From: Octopus sinensis
Taxonomy: Eukaryota
NCBI RefSeq assembly: GCF_006345805.1
Contig: NC_042999.1
Location: 150,226,001-150,290,000 of the forward strand
Direction of reading: 5' to 3'
DNA length: 64,000 nt
Part shown: positions 62,647 to 64,000 of the stretch, one piece after another
Position numbering within the stretch: the stretch's first letter is position 1
Layout: each line of letters begins with the position of its first letter
The notes under the pieces: generated by a model
What the model was told of the DNA's origin: nothing
Database searches by the model: none
Seen by the model: only the letters and a program-made list of their open reading frames with translations
Program-made: the position numbers and the translations under genes

Positions 62647-63016
62647 AACAAGAGCACTCAGAGAGTGCAAACCTCTGCCAAGGCAACACCAATGTCCTTT
62701 CAACAATTAGCCAGAGATGATTTTTAAAATGAGAATATCTTAAATAAACACGACTGCTCTTACAAATGAGAATACTAAAAATGAACTCAACCGTTCTCAA
62801 AAGTTAAGTTAAACAACTGGAAAAATAATCCAGAATCCTTGTCAGGTACTGGATCGATCCCAAAATCTAATCAGTTTGAGCCAGTCATGAGGCCAAACAT
62901 CCCTGTAAGTTTCATCCAAATCTATCAGGCGGTTCTTGAGATTCCTGTTCATGGACAAACAAACAAATAAATGTGACTGAAAACAATACCTCCGCCTTTG
63001 CTAAGGCAGCAGTAAT
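62647..63016 (-). mobile_element. Helentron-type HINE, second copy
   Basis: Reverse complement of 26503-26872; perfect 3' hairpin gcactc-tct-gagtgc. Confidence 0.75.
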
Positions 63017-63719
63017 AATAATAATAATAGTAATAATAATAATTTCTCTCAGGGCTGATATATGAAAAGAGATAGTTTATTGTCAGATAAATTGACTGCA
63101 GAATATTTAGTGTTATTTTATTGACCATGTGGAATATAAAGCGAAAATCATGGTATTAGAACTTGAAGAGCTGGAATAAATACTGCTAAGTATTTTGTCC
63201 ACTGTGTTAATGATTTGGCCAGCTCACAGCCTTTTGACTTGAACTTAGAATGGGAAAGAAACCAAACTAATGGGAATGTTTAGTTTGGTATTCCCTTCAA
63301 ATAATATAATTAACTTGAATAATAATTTTTTTTTTGTTTTTAGTTGTATGCTAGGTCACTTTTAATGGAAGATTAATTAATCATGTCTATCTTAGTAAAA
63401 TACTGGGTCAAAGATGGAAGTCAAAGTTGACTCTAGTACCATTTGAACTAGAAACCAAGGAGGAATGACAACAACAATTATGGATATGTGTTTAGTAATG
63501 CAATTAACCCAGCACTTTGCTCACTTAGCCATCCCAACCCCACTTCACATGTATATAATTTGAACATCACATGACAATGTTAAAGTATATGTGAAAAAAA
63601 TCATATAGATTATAACCAAGTAACCTTCTCTACAATTAAGTACTTCTTGACCCTCACAAAATCTGCAACACACTTTTACATATATGTGAGTATGTAGTTT
63701 TTTTTGTATGTATGTGTTT

Positions 63720-63768
63720 GTGTAAATGTTTGTGTTATATATATATATATATATGTGTGTATATATAT

Positions 63769-63821
<53 letters not shown>

Positions 63822-63959
63822 ATGTGTAATATATATATATATATATAATGTATGTGTATATATATATATATATGTATGTGTATATATATATATATATGTT
63901 ATGTATATATATATATATAGTATATATGTATGTGTATATATATATTATATGTATATATG

Positions 63960-63998
<39 letters not shown>

Positions 63999-64000
63999 GT
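63720..64000. repeat. (TA)n/(TATG) microsatellite
   Basis: Direct reading. Confidence 0.95.

Noticed and set aside
1-64000. Fanzor/TnpB, Polinton, viral or horizontally acquired genes
   Set aside because: No RuvC, integrase, capsid or other long non-retroelement ORF is visible

Overview
AT-rich eukaryotic genomic DNA saturated with (TA)n/(CA)n/(ATT)n/(GAT)n microsatellites and decayed transposons. The tRNA-derived SINE families resemble, from memory and without a database search, those of octopus, so this is probably an Octopus intron or intergenic region. There are no prokaryotic genes, CRISPR arrays, rRNA or intact tRNA. Most ORFs in the track are microsatellite translation artefacts. The clearly coding stretches are retroelement relics: a 2.4-kb R4/Dong-clade LINE (RT, CCHC knuckle, restriction-like endonuclease) at 19.1-21.5 kb on the minus strand, two more R4 relics, several RTE and CR1/L2 3' fragments, and weaker I/Jockey and pogo relics. 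DNA elements include TTAA-flanked piggyBac-type MITEs, hAT MITEs and Helentron-type HINEs. A few minus-strand exon candidates (53.8, 49.3, 23.2 and 14.7 kb) may belong to an unidentified host gene. The most unusual observations are a tandemly reiterated 25-nt motif in the RTE 3' UTR that fits a compact H-type pseudoknot, three Penelope-type minimal hammerhead relics, six long fold-back hairpins and several nested insertions with readable target-site duplications. Coordinates of old repeats are approximate (tens of bp). I could not demonstrate a new biological system; the candidates are listed with tests.
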